Source of the DNA: Octopus vulgaris
Lineage: Eukaryota
Length of the DNA: 64,000 nucleotides
Assembly: GCA_951406725.2 (NCBI GenBank)
Contig: OX597821.1
Location: 100,812,001 to 100,876,000 of the forward strand
Direction: 5' to 3'
Position numbers and translations under genes: made by a program. Numbering within the stretch: the stretch's first letter is position 1; each line of letters begins with the position of its first letter. The notes under the pieces were generated by a model, which saw only the letters and a program-made list of their open reading frames with translations, made no database searches and had not been told where the DNA came from. This document shows, one piece after another, positions 14,815 to 29,433 of the stretch.

Positions 14815-14850
<36 letters not shown>

Positions 14851-14932
14851 AAAAAGTTGAGTTGTGGGGTATCGCACGAGTGGGATTATATATGAAAAAA
14901 AGGTTTGAAAATGCAATTTAAACGATGTTTAT

Positions 14933-14978
14933 TTACTTAACCGGTTTCACTCTTTGTTAAAAAGATTGTCAAAAGTAA
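14933..14978 (-). ncRNA. hammerhead motif, U3:A8 core (mirror copy of 16598-16643)
   Basis: Reverse complement identical to 16598-16643. Confidence 0.6.
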
Positions 14979-15742
14979 CATTGAATATTATGGGTTCAAA
15001 AAAAGTTTTTTACATAATTGTCACATTGAATATTATGAATTCAAAAATGTTTTTTTATACATAATTGTCACATTACATGTATAAATATAGTATAAAAAAG
15101 TTCAATAGTGTGATGAGAATATTTGGAAAAATTGGCAGAAAAGAATAAAACAAATATATTATTGGAAATTTGGTTGCGTTAATTATTGGTTGTCGCAAAT
15201 TGTCACATTACATGTATATATATACAGTCTTTGGTAGAAATGACATGTTAAAGACATAAGGAAGTGTAATAGTTTGGTGAGAAAGCTTGTAATATTGACA
15301 GAGAAAATTAAAATGGATATTTTAGACATCTCAGAATATTTTGAATCGAAGGCGAGAATTTGTTTTTTACTGACCTGTTTGTTTTAGCAGAAAAGTTGAA
15401 TTGAGAGAAAAAAAGATATGTACCCAATTTGGTTTATACTTCCCCTTCAAGCATCAGTGACTTTGGGGTTATTGGGAGGTGAGTATGCGGGTGTGAATAG
15501 ATGTGTCCGTGTGCCTGCTGGTCAGACAGCGTCTGTTTGTCACACACATATATACACACACACACACAACAACAATACACACACACACATAGTATACACA
15601 CACACACCACATACACACAACACACACACACACAGAACACACACACACACAACGCACCCACATATATAATATATACACACAGCACACAAATATAACATGT
15701 ATTTATATATAATATACACACATATATAAAACATACACACAC

Positions 15743-15786
<44 letters not shown>

Positions 15787-16597
15787 TATATACATAATAT
15801 AAATACACACACACACACACACACATGTGTATGTGTTTTGTATGTTTTATATATGTGTGTATATTATATATAAATAAATGTTATATTTGTGTGCTGTGTG
15901 TATATATTATATGTGGGTGCGTTGTGTGTGTGTGTGTGTTCTGTGTGTGTGTGTGTTGTGTGTATGTGGTGTGTGTGTGTATACTATGTGTGTGTGTGTA
16001 TTGTTGTTGTGTGTGTGTGTGTATATATGTGTGTGACAAACAGACGCTGTCTGACCAGCAGGCACACGGACACATCTATTCACACCCGCATACTCACCTC
16101 CCAATAACCCCAAAGTCACTGATGCTTGAAGGGGAAGTATAAACCAAATTGGGTACATATCTTTTTTTCTCTCAATTCAACTTTTCTGCTAAAACAAACA
16201 GGTCAGTAAAAAACAAATTCTCGCCTTCGATTCAAAATATTCTGAGATGTCTAAAATATCCATTTTAATTTTCTCTGTCAATATTACAAGCTTTCTCACC
16301 AAACTATTACACTTCCTTATGTCTTTAACATGTCATTTCTACCAAAGACTGTATATATATACATGTAATGTGACAATTTGCGACAACCAATAATTAACGC
16401 AACCAAATTTCCAATAATATATTTGTTTTATTCTTTTCTGCCAATTTTTCCAAATATTCTCATCACACTATTGAACTTTTTTATACTATATTTATACATG
16501 TAATGTGACAATTATGTATAAAAAAACATTTTTGAATTCATAATATTCAATGTGACAATTATGTAAAAAACTTTTTTTGAACCCATAATATTCAATG

Positions 16598-16643
16598 TTA
16601 CTTTTGACAATCTTTTTAACAAAGAGTGAAACCGGTTAAGTAA
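16598..16643 (+). ncRNA. minimal type I hammerhead motif, U3:A8 covariant core
   Basis: ttactt TTGACAA tcttt-ttaac-aaaga gt GAAA ccgg TT aagtaa, followed at once by AATAAA; 6-bp stem I, palindromic ACCGGT stem III. Confidence 0.65.
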
Positions 16644-16785
16644 ATAAACATCGTTTAAATTGCATTTTCAAACCTTTTTTCATATATATATATATATATA
16701 TATATTTGACATGATTTTATTTTTAAGTGTCCTTTTGTACTAGCCGTATTATATATCATTGTGTGCATGTTTGTAAAGAAATGTA

Positions 16786-16822
<37 letters not shown>

Positions 16823-16937
16823 TCCACGCGCGTGTTTGTGTGTGTGTCTCCACGCGCGTGTGTGTGTGTGTGTGTCTCCACGCGCGTGTTTGTGTGTGTG
16901 TCTCCACGCGCGCGTGTGTGTGTGTGTCTCCACGCGC

Positions 16938-16972
<35 letters not shown>

Positions 16973-17031
16973 TCCACGCGCGTGTTTGTGTGTGTGTCTC
17001 CACGTGCGTGTGTGTGTGTGTCTCCACGCGC

Positions 17032-17074
<43 letters not shown>

Positions 17075-17090
17075 TCCACGCGCGTGTGTG
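16786..17090. repeat. compound minisatellite (TG)n-TCTCCACGCGCG
   Basis: About nine TCTCCACG(CG)n units separated by variable (TG)n. Confidence 0.9.
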
Positions 17091-17498
17091 ATTTACTAAA
17101 TGTAGTGCGGGAGATGCATTCACACTGACTGACGCACAAATACAAACACGGACACAGATACGCATACGTATACACACACGCGCACACACACACACACACA
17201 CACTCACATACTACATTTAGCAAATCACGCAGAAAAGAATTGCAACGTATATGCAAATATGTTCCTGTGTGGAATATGTATGTCTGGGTGAGTGTAGGTG
17301 TTTGTGCGTCCGTGCACAAGTGTTACTATGAGATATTAACAGGTTTCTTGCTTGTTTCAAATAACATTAACGCAGTGTCAATGTATCTGTCAAACATCCA
17401 AGAACGAGAATATCTACATAAATCACTCTTTCTCCTTTTTTTCTCCTTTTTTCTCTCTTTTTTTCTGTCTTTCTCCATACACAATACATACAGACATA

Positions 17499-18380
17499 TA
17501 CGAGGAGATACCCAAAAGTAACCGGAAACGTTCTCTGTGGGACAAGCCCAATGTAATTCGGGCTTTCGCCCCTAGAAGCCACTTGATGCAACCCTCAAGT
17601 AGCAATCTACCGACCGGCAGCGTCCTATGACGTCCTAGTACCATGTCATGCGTCTTTTGTTTTGCAGTGCATCTCCTCTGCAGTGCTTTGCAGTGCTTCT
17701 TTTGCAGTGCTTCTCCTTCGTCCATATTTGCGATGGCTAAAACGAAGGAACAGCGTGCTTCCGTAGAATTCTGTTTACTACCCGAGAAAACGGTAGCCGA
17801 AACAGTTATAATGCTTCATACAGCTTGCAAGGACGCTGCCTTGAGCAAAACACAAGTTTACGAGTGGTTCCTACTCTCTATGAATCGTCAGTTGTCGCTT
17901 GAAGACCAACCTCGTTCATGATGACCGTCAACCTTCCGAACGAATGAAAACATCATGAAATTCATGAACTGATCTTGATAGACTGCCACTGAACAATTGA
18001 CGAACTTGTTGATATGACTGCTGTGTTCTGGAGCTCCTGCCAACGATTTTTGAGCGAGGAATTGCGAATGAAAAGAGTTGGGCAAAATTTATGTCTCGCT
18101 TGCTCACAAAAGATCAAAAGCTGTCACGACTGAATGTGTGTCGTGAACTGAAAGAACAGTTGGAAGTTGATCCAGACCGTTTTTCGAAGGTTATCAATGA
18201 TGACAAAAGCTGGTGTTACGAAATTCGAAAGTTCTAGCATTGCTTCAAACAATGGAAAACTAGTCTGGACCGATGCATTGCTTCAAATGGAGAATACTTT
18301 GAAGATGATAAAAGTGTGGAATTGTAAAACTGAGTAAAATAACATGGCAAAATTCCGGTTTCTTTTGGGCACCCCTCGTA
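17499..18380 (+). mobile_element. Tc1/mariner (mariner) element, internally deleted, transposase pseudogene
   Basis: TA TSDs; TIRs CGAGGAGATACCCAAAAGTAACCGGAA / TTCCGGTTTCTTTTGGGCACCCCTCG; remnants EQRASVEFC..LSKTQVYEWF..LEDQPRS, KVINDDKSWCY and the mariner C-terminus DRCIASNGEYFE. Confidence 0.92.
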
Positions 18381-18819
18381 TGTGTGTTTGTGTGTTATAT
18401 AACAGAATTCTTGTACACAAACTTTAAAGAATATTTTAGTCACATCTCATTTAATGGTTTAACTGTTTAATGAATTCAATAAGGGTATTACAGAACATAT
18501 ATAACTTTAGTCAAATTGACCTCAAAATTACTATAACTACGAATCTGCCTAAAGCTTATTTCTTAGATGATTTCCTTGACTTAAACTCGTGTTCGTATAA
18601 ATCATATCAGAAACTCAATGAGAACCACGTATATATGTAAAAGTCTTACCATCTCCCCTATTGTGATTAAAAACCTGATAACTATCGTCAGTAATAGGCA
18701 TCTAATATTTCGTCTTCTAAGAATAAATTATATTATAATAATGCCCTAGCTAACAGCAGCTTCAGGGATATCTTACAACCCTTCAATTAAAAATATGAAA
18801 CCTAAAAATAGACCCACAA

Positions 18820-19170
18820 AAACAATATAGTCTACGCCGTACCTTCTCTTTGAATATTAGGACTAACACCGGCAGAAATATTCCTGCTGCCGTTATTGGA
18901 TAAGCATTTCACTGTAAAACATAGATACAGGAAACTTTTTTTATAAAACGTTCGGTAAAAATTTCATAGAGCTGCTGCCCCAATATGAAGAACATTATCA
19001 CTCGCAAGCCACATCAGGGCTAGTTGTAACTGTCAGGATCCTGAAGCTTGCCCACTCGATCAGGCGTGCTTGATTACCTCAGTCGTTTATGAAGCTGAAG
19101 TCACTGCGGTGTTCCAAAATAACGAGATACAAAAGAAAAGTTACACCGATATATGCGAAGACAATTCTAA
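18820..19170 (+). mobile_element. Penelope-like element remnant (linker and start of GIY-YIG endonuclease)
   Basis: Frameshifted motifs PFSLNIRTN, LLDKHF..HRYRKLF, SCCPNMKNII, CNCQDPEACPLDQACLITSVVYEAEV..KSY match the PLE consensus CNC....CPL...CL...V.Y.A. Confidence 0.8.
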
Positions 19171-20361
19171 ATATTTATTGGTTTGTCTTGAAACAATGAC
19201 TCCAGTTCAGAACAAATCTTTACAAAAATTCGCAGAGAGATCCACATTCAACTCAAAATCATCCGTGAACAAAACAAAATCTGAGATTCGATGTCCACCT
19301 TGACGCAAAATAGGACGAGATAAAAATAAAGACGTAAGGACAGAAATCTTAGCATAGCAATTAGAGTAGGAATATTATTGAGATACAGAAACGTTGGTTT
19401 GGTTATATCAAGTCCTCTTTCCATCGTCCTCCATTTTCTCTATATTTTTCAGCCTCTGTCTTCAGCACACACCTTCTTTCTCTCTCTCCATTCTCATATT
19501 TATATATTCCCGCCCACACACACACACATATATGCTCCCAAACATTTAGGTGTATACACACTTTCTCGGTAATGTTTCCCGTTTAAATTTGTCTTTATTT
19601 TAAAGAACGTTCAAATATTGTGCTCTATGAACCTGAGAACTTAAATGTCAAAGTATTGTCACTGTTGCAATTAAAATTCTCATTCTTCTCTTTCTTTCTC
19701 TCTCATTCTCTCTGTCTTTTTCTCTCTCTTTCACCCTCATTTTCTCTGTCTCTTTCTCTCTCTACACACACACACATATACACACACACACACGTACATA
19801 CACTCACACATACTGTCTGAGAATCTACTCTTCAATTCTTTCACAATTAAATCAATGTTTGTAAACGTCCATATTTTTCTCTTTATCTTGAAACGTCTTT
19901 GCAATTCGCTAATTAAATATTTATCAAAATCTGTATGCGTATCCATAATCATAACACGATGGCAATGCATGAAGAATTTCTTAATGTGTATGCTCAACGA
20001 AACAGACACACTCACATATACACATACACACTTGTAGAGATATATACCTTTGCGGTCGACAAACGTCCACTGTGAGCATAACTCTTGAAATACATCTTAT
20101 TAAAAAAATCTAACACAAAAAACTGGCCGGCGCAGGCATAGCTGTGTGGCTCAGAAGCGCGCTTTGAAATACGAGGTTTCGGGTTCAATCCCATTGCGCA
20201 TCAACTTTGACAAATGTTATCTACTATAGTCTCAAGTCGACCAATGTCTTGCAAAGGAATTTGGTGTATATATATATATAGGATTCGAGAGAATCAAGTA
20301 TATAAATAGTAAAAGCAGCAAGATATGGTCGGTGATAGCGGAACTAAGCATTTTGCCCAGT

Positions 20362-20868
20362 GAGTCATCATCATCATTGTTCGACCGTGGTCGAGACAAT
20401 GTAATTTACCATGCTACGCCAGACTTCACGGTCCATCATGGCATTACGGAGGTCCTGTTGCTGGATGCCTGTATCCCTGGAGATTACATCAGGGTAGGAG
20501 AGTGTGCGCCCTCTGGTATTGCGAGTAGATGGCTTCCAGAGAAGAGTAGAAATTACCTCATTTTCAGCTCTACAACAATGTCCAGCAAACTGGACTCTCC
20601 TACCTTTCACAAGAGATGACACAGGTGGTAGTTTCCCATATATTTGCACTTTGGTTGGATGGCGCTTCCACGAGAGATTTTGAGCTCTCATAAGGAGGCG
20701 AGTGTAGGTTCCATCCAACCGCCTCTCAAGCTTCTTTGATAACGTCCAGGTTTGTGAGCCATATAGTAGAATTGGTTCGACTGTGGCTTTGAAGATTTCA
20801 AGTTTGAAGTCTCTACTTAGATTTGATGACCAGATCTTATGCTTGACATTACAGGCTGACCAGGCCAT
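20362..20868 (-). mobile_element. RTE-clade LINE, 5'-truncated, open C-terminal ORF2 segment with (ATG)n tail
   Basis: ORF 20374-20868: KLEIFKATVEPILLYGSQTWTL..RRVQFAGHCCR..AMMDREVWR; ends TGATGATGATGA. Confidence 0.9.
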
Positions 20869-21037
20869 GTGGTAAGTAGCTTGCTTATGGTTCCGGGTTC
20901 AGTTCCACTGCGCGGCACCTTGGGCAAGTATCTTCTACTATAGCCTCGGGCCGACCAAAGCCTTGTGAATGGATTTGGCTGACAGAAACTGAAAGAGGCC
21001 CGTCGTATGTGTGTATGTTTGTGTGTGCGTGTTGTGT

Positions 21038-21083
<46 letters not shown>

Positions 21084-21305
21084 GTGTCTGTGTTTGTGTA
21101 TCTGTGTTTGTACTCCCACCATTGCTTGACAACGAATATTGGTGTGTTTAAGTCCCCGTAACTTAGCGGTGCAGCAAACGATACCGGAATACGTACCAGA
21201 ATTTTTAAAGTAAATATAATTACTGGGGACGATTTGTTCGACTGAAACCCCACAAGACAGTGGTTCCGGCATGGCTGCAGTCCTATGAGTAAACGATGAA
21301 AGAGA
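20867..21305 (+). mobile_element. SINE family A
   Basis: TGTGGTAAGTAGCTTGC..GGCACCTTGGGCAAG..; head abuts the 5' truncation point of the RTE. Confidence 0.8.
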
Positions 21306-22892
21306 AACCAACATATTTGACAAAGCGAACGGTGTTGTGCATATATAAAGATTAAAGCTTCAGTTTAGTGTCCTCCCTGACTCTGCCTCCTAATAGCTTT
21401 CTCGATAATTCATATTGTTTAAGGTGGAAAGCTGGCAGAAACGTTAGCACGCCGGGCGAAATGCGTAGCCGTATTTCGTCTGCCGTTACGTTCTGAGTTC
21501 AAATTTCGCCGAGGTCAACTTTGCCTTTCATCCTCTCGGTGTCGATTAAACAGGTATATATATGTATATATATATATGTAAATGTAATATGTGACAATTA
21601 TTCGGTAGCCCGTTACGTACTGGGGTCTATATGTTTGTGTCTTTGTTTGTTCCCTAACATCGCTTGACAATTGATGCTGGTGTGTTTACGTCAACGTAAC
21701 TTAGCGGTTCGGTCAAAGAGACCAATAGAATGAGTACTAGGCTTACAAAGAATACGTCCTGGGGTCGATTTGCTCGACTAAAGGCGGTGCTCCAGCATGG
21801 CCACAGTCAAATGACTGAAACGAGTAAAAGAGTAAAAGAGAAAGAAAAGATCAGAAAAGTTGACTTATTCCGTTGCTCACCTTAACACTACCATCTGGCC
21901 CTGCATTGCTGGTGCTACTAGTACAGTTCACACTGTTACATGGTTTCAGAATAAATCTCTGGCCAGCAGATGATCCATGAGACGTAGAGTTAATTCAGAT
22001 AATTTTTTCCCGCAGTCTTGAAGGCCATATAAAATAACCGTAATACGGTGCGTCTTTCTCTACTCTTGAAGGCGCTTGAACAAATAGTTAAGCTGTTGTT
22101 CCCGCCACGATCGCAATATACTGGCTTAGACTCCCAAACCGGGCAGTGAATTCTGTTCTTGAACAAAACACTTCATTGCACGCTGCTCCAATTACCTTGT
22201 TATCACTTTGGTCACTTATATATCGAGGAAACCAAATAACCGGCCCTAAGACTCCTAGAACCCGAAGACAGTAATATCCAAGAGACTTCCTTCTCTCACT
22301 AAGCCTAGTGACGTAGGTAGAGTGTGAACAACCCGGAGCAGCCCTTGAGTTTTCTCTTATCCTGCAATACACCTACGGCTTACTTATACAGCAGATCCAA
22401 AAGTGCTGACTCCCATAACAGCATCAACCGAGGTGGACAGCCCCTTCACTTTGCAACCTACAAAATACTGATTCTGACCCTTCTACCAAACTTCGCTCTT
22501 TTGCCAATCCCCCAAATTGAAGACATAGAGTGTAGTGAACGCCAAACAGAAAGGACTAAACTGTTAGGGAACTGAACCTTTCGGTACGCCAAATTCCTGG
22601 TTATCGACCAATTAAATTTAATTTTCTGTTAATGTCATTCGGAGTTGTTAGCTGTGGCGACTGAAAACACTCTCATTTGCAATATCTTCCTTGTAGTCCG
22701 TTTGACAAAACATCCATTTTTTCTTTTTTTTATTATCGCCATTGGTTTCTATTTGTCCTACGAGATCTAACTACAAATTAAGGTCTGGAGTGGAAATAAC
22801 AGATGCTGTTGTCATAGAATGTAGCACAAGCAAATACAAAGATATTGTCTTTCGTAACGAAGCAGTTATGACAATAAAAGACAATTTAAGAA

Positions 22893-24255
<1,363 letters not shown>

Positions 24256-24270
24256 ATAATAATAATAATA

Positions 24271-24362
<92 letters not shown>

Positions 24363-24560
24363 TAACCATTCGAATACTCAGGATGGTGCTCGAAAAATAA
24401 AGGGTGTTACTTTAGTTCACTGGTAGTGAATAGCTGACACCATAGTACATCTCCATCGTTAGAAGCTGTGCAAAAACAATAATGATGATGATGATTATGA
24501 TGACGATGATGATGATGATGGTGGTGGTTGTCGTCGTCGTCGTGGTGATGGTGGTGATGT

Positions 24561-24591
<31 letters not shown>

Positions 24592-24599
24592 ATTGATGA

Positions 24600-24970
24600 T
24601 GCTGAAGGAAAAGCGAAGTTGCTTACTAATTGATTCATCAAGTCAGCTTGATTCCAGGATCGTAAAGAAAGGGGACGAAAAACAAAAAAAATACAACCCT
24701 TTAAAATTTTGAAATTGCAAAAATTTAGTGTGTGAAACCTGTAAAGGCTGTGCCTATAATAAATGGTCCAAAGTTATAAACAAATGGTTGAAAGAGATTG
24801 GAATAGAATATTGTGTAGAGCTTCTACAGATAGATTACCTCTTAGGGACAGGAAAGATTATCAGGAAGGTTTTAAGCACCTAAAAACTTGTGGATACCTA
24901 AGGTAGTAACCTGCCACCCACATAAATCCTACCAGGAATGAGGCCGAACCTGAGTCAAAGCAATAATAAT
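24600..24970 (+). mobile_element. older R4/Dong-like endonuclease remnant
   Basis: KEKRSCLLID..KKGDEKQKKYNPLKF, followed by VPIING in another frame; ends in AATAATAAT. Confidence 0.6.
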
Positions 24971-24975
24971 GATTA

Positions 24976-25314
24976 TTGTCAAACGGGAAGGATACCGACA
25001 ATATGGACCATTCCAGTTTGAAAGTTGTATTGCTGTCCTTCAGACGCCAAACTGTCAGAGATAAGAGAAAACAACGCAGTACGGGACTAAGTAAATTAGT
25101 TTGGCGTCTGAAGGACAGCAATACAACTTTCAAACTGGAATGGTCCATATTGTCGGTATCCTTCCCGTTTGACAAGGGCAGAAAACATTGTGGCGTCTGT
25201 AATTCCGAACTTTTTCATATTTTGTTCGCCAAAGTCCCTTTAATAAATACAATCGTCGAGAGGTCCTACAGATGCATGCACCGGCAAAAACACACCTTTC
25301 AATCATATGAATAA
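24976..25314 (+). mobile_element. Penelope-like element, GIY-YIG C-terminus with a 78-bp perfect inverted copy at the 5' truncation
   Basis: STGLSKLVWRLKD..EWSIL..CGVCNSE..INT..E..CMHRQK matches the PLE endonuclease end; 24976-25053 is the reverse complement of 25098-25175. Confidence 0.85.
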
Positions 25315-25589
25315 TGATTAATATAGATAGCCCCTTGAATTTTAATTAATATAACTCTTTTTTTTATATATTTCACCCCCATAGTCAAAAAATTATTTTG
25401 ATACTTTCAAAGAACTACTACCCAATCCAGTGAGTATGTGTTACCTTTGTCCCTATACCTCGCCCTCCTCTTTCTCTCTCTCTCCTTCCCTCTATCTATA
25501 GTAAGCACATTCAAACACACAGACACAAACCGTTCACCTCACCACTGTCTGTTTTCTGACACCCACCCATCCACAAACACAATCACGCA

Positions 25590-25626
<37 letters not shown>

Positions 25627-25847
25627 CAATGCCGTTATATACAGTCACACACACAGACACTCATTCACAAAAGAAAATTCACCATTCATTTGAACTGCAC
25701 CCTTTCACCTTCCTATTCTTATGCCTCTCTTCTCCTAATTCGTTTGAACCCTTGAACCTTTAGAACCTTCTAGATTCTTCTACATCCAACCATTTTGACG
25801 TCACTCCTTATAAAGGAATTTTGTTAATTCGTCGTTCAACTCCATTC

Positions 25848-25900
<53 letters not shown>

Positions 25901-26043
25901 TTATATATATATAGGCGATCCCATATAATCGAAGAGAGTAAAGTCTTCATATATATATATATATATATATCGAGAGCAGCCATGTCTTCATTCGGGGTTA
26001 ACCACAGTAAATAAGGTACTCAATACATAGTAGAGTAAAATTA

Positions 26044-26175
26044 ATTTATTATATAGAAGGAGCTTCTACAGGACTAGAACTGTTTCATTCAAGAGAAATC
26101 TTCAGGAAGCTCCTGAAGATTTCCTGAAATTTCTCTTGAATGAAACAGTTCTAGTCCTTAAACTCCTTCTATATA

Positions 26176-26181
<6 letters not shown>
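26044..26181. ncRNA. short foldback carrying a CUGAAGA hammerhead-like motif on each arm
   Basis: Minus strand: gagcttc CTGAAGA tttctcttgaat GAAA cagttctag TC ctgta gaagctc; outer arms ATTTATTATATAGAAGGAG / CTCCTTCTATATAATAAAT. Confidence 0.55.
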
Positions 26182-26230
<49 letters not shown>

Positions 26231-26261
26231 GTCCTGCAAATTATATTCACCTTGGACTGTC

Positions 26262-26338
26262 GTACCGATGATCTACGGACAATTACGTAAGTTACGTAAG
26301 TAAGATTACGTAATTTGTTGATAGTGAAACATGTATAT
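26262..26338 (+). ncRNA. type I hammerhead-like motif with long stem II, U4C core
   Basis: gta CCGATGA t cta..AATTACGTAA..TTACGTAATT..tag t GAAA catg TA tat; palindromic ACATGT stem III, GUA cleavage triplet. Confidence 0.55.
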
Positions 26339-26472
26339 TTTTATTACTTTTTCTTTTGTCTTGCTCGATTACGTTTTGGTTGTTTTGCTGAATTTTTCTT
26401 GAGAACATTTCTTGGAGGTGAGACCGTAGCGGATCTATTTCTAGCATATGGGTGTCCACATGGTGGTTTCCC

Positions 26473-26543
<71 letters not shown>

Positions 26544-27434
26544 TGTGTGTATCTGTGTGTCTGTGTACAAATGTGTAATTGAACAAATCGATCGCTACAT
26601 ATTTTTTAAATCAGGTACTTATTCTATCGCTATCTTTGGCCAATACGCGAGATTACAGAACGTAAAGAAACCAGTATCGGTTGTCAAGTGGTTGGGGAAC
26701 ATACACAAACACAAAGACAAACACATACACATGCGTATGTATGCATGTATGTATATATGTATGTATGTATACATGTGTGTATGTACGATGGACTTCCTCA
26801 CATTTTCTTCATACCAGATCCAATTACAAGGCATACATCGGCCCAGAGCTATAGTAGAAGACACTTTCCCCAAAGTGTCGTGCAGTGGGACTGAACGCGA
26901 GACCAAGTAGTTACAAAACGAACTTCTTAAACACACAGGCACGCTTTCGCCTATTTAACGTTCTTAAATTCAATCTTATGTTTTATTTCCTTCGAAACGA
27001 ATCCATTACTTTTCTGCATCTATACAATTCGGTTTTGTAATCTGATGATTTTCCGGGCAATATTTCATTCAATAATCGATTAAAAACGCATTACACTTTG
27101 GCTTACATTACTCTTCAAGAACTATCTCTAAGGGAACATTTCCTTGTATAATTGTTTCGGCATCGAGAAAGACATCTGAAAGAGCTTCTGAATGGATAAA
27201 CACACAACACAGCCTAAAGTATAATACATAACGAGGAACTGTGAAGGGGGTCTCTATGAGGTTATTTAGCCTATTAGAAATGACAGCCAAATTTAACTCA
27301 AAGGAATGATTGCATGAATGGGTTCTATGGGTAAGAAGATCGTTTTGCGACCATGTATTCCAATATTCGACCCAACTGCTGTTTCTCGAGTTGATAAATA
27401 CATTCTGGATGAAAACTCATCAAAATCCTCTCAA

Positions 27435-27468
<34 letters not shown>

Positions 27469-27886
27469 AAGTAAGTGAGTGTGTGTGTGTGTGTATGTGT
27501 GTGTATGTGTGTCGAGTGGGTGTGCCTAGAAGCAAGTCCACGTGTTATGCTATTGTGCTACAATTTTATTTTCGAAAGTCGACACCATCCACGTCATCGG
27601 TTGTCATCATCATCGTCGTCGTCGTCGACGTCATCATTATCATGATTATCTTCATTACCATCATCATCATCATCACTACCATTATTTTGGTCGTCGCCGT
27701 CGTCATCATTTTCTTCATCATCATCATTTTCATCATCATCTTCGTCATCATAATCATATTCATCATCAACATTATAGTCATCGTCATCATAATCGTCACC
27801 ATCGCCATCATCATTATCGTCATCAGCATCCCATCCGCCATCAACATCCTCGTCATCATTTGGCTCATTGTCATTCTTGTCATCGC

Positions 27887-27966
<80 letters not shown>

Positions 27967-28063
27967 CGAAGAAGCTGCTTTCTCTTACACAAAAGACGAA
28001 TAGTAAGTACTGATTGCTTTGGCATTATAGTTTTCCATATACATATTTTGTGCAATGTACTAC

Positions 28064-28103
<40 letters not shown>

Positions 28104-28264
28104 TATATATGTATGTAAATAATGCATATATATGTGTGTGTGTGTGTGCGTGTTACTGCGCGTGTATGAGTGCGCGTGCGTGTATGTATAATGTATATAT
28201 ACATATATATATATATATGATTGTATATACGTATGTATGCATATACATTATATATATATATTTG

Positions 28265-28302
<38 letters not shown>

Positions 28303-28859
28303 TGTATATATATATATATATTTATATATATGCATGTATATATATTTATATTTATATATATATATACACACACGCACACACACATTCATACACTCATACG
28401 TATACATACATGCGTTTATATATATCTACATACAACAGTACATATATATATATATATGTATGAATATATATATGTGTGTGCGTGTGTATGTGTTTGTGTG
28501 TATATGTATGTATATATGCATGTATGCCTGTATGTATGTATGTATGTATGTATGTATGTATGTATGTATGTATGTATGTATGTATTGATATATCATTTGC
28601 TTCTGTTGTTCATATTGATGCTAAAAATGATTGCTGTTCTTGCTGCTAATACTGCTGCTGCTGCTGTTGCTGCTGCAGTTTGTCATTAAATAAGATGAAT
28701 CGATCAAAAGAACCTTTCGTTTTTCCCGTACAGCTGACTGGTGAGTGCTGGGTAATTTTTCTTCTCTTTTTTTTTCGTTTATTATAACACATTTAATTTT
28801 TTTCTTTTTTTCCATTTCCTCTCTTCTTAAGACTGACACTAACATAATAAGACGAGAGA

Positions 28860-29004
28860 CTACAGAAGAGATGGCTGCCCATACACCAATGCCATGTTCG
28901 ATAATTGACTCGGGCGTTCTGCTGACAGGTTGAGAGAAGCAATTGTTGCTTCGAGTTGCTTGGAGAGCTCCTGGACGTCGCATTTGGAAATCAACGTTGC
29001 ATCG
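28860..29004 (-). CDS. candidate terminal coding exon of an unidentified host gene (..DATLISKCDVQELSKQLEATIASLNLSAERPSQLSNMALVYGQPSLL*)
   Basis: Unique, higher-GC island; minus-strand pyrimidine tract TTTTCATCTCTTTC-AAAG acceptor at 29005-29006; 47 open codons to TAG; not in the ORF track because it has no ATG start. Confidence 0.5.
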
Positions 29005-29104
29005 CTTTGAAAGAGATGAAAACGTCGGAATCGTACTGATTGATTGTTCTGTTGATATTATCGTTGTTCTTGTTGTTTTGAGACATGCATACACATGTAC
29101 ATAC

Positions 29105-29135
<31 letters not shown>

Positions 29136-29319
29136 CATACATACATACATACATACATACATAGGAATGTGTATATGAGTTCCTCTGCGCGTGTGTGTAT
29201 GTGTGAGGTTGTTTCTCTGGTTGTGTGTGTGTTTTTGTATGTGTGTGAGTATGTATGTATACACATGCAGGAAGAGAGAGAGAGATGACGGACATATATG
29301 TTTGGAAGTGTATGTACAC

Positions 29320-29414
<95 letters not shown>

Positions 29415-29433
29415 GTGCGTGTGTGTGTGTGTG

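Larger units (their letters stand above)
14887..16688. repeat. about 1.8-kb near-perfect palindrome centred near 15820, hammerhead motif near each outer end
   Basis: Arms are reverse complements (ORF 15418+ mirrors 15907-); ends lie in TA repeats. Confidence 0.95.

Noticed and set aside
21870-21990. Minus-strand exon candidate ending AAG|GTGAGC
   Set aside because: In-frame stop shortly upstream without a good acceptor; more likely an old LINE remnant.
27566-28013. His/Ser/Asp-rich or transmembrane-like ORFs
   Set aside because: Degenerate (CAT/CGT)n and (AGT)n trinucleotide repeats open in several frames.
28741-28928. Plus-strand mini-intron (GTGAGT...TTAAG) and exon with ATG GCT
   Set aside because: The frame stops after 20 codons, and the pyrimidine tract is equally explained as A-rich 3' UTR of the minus-strand exon; not excluded but less supported.
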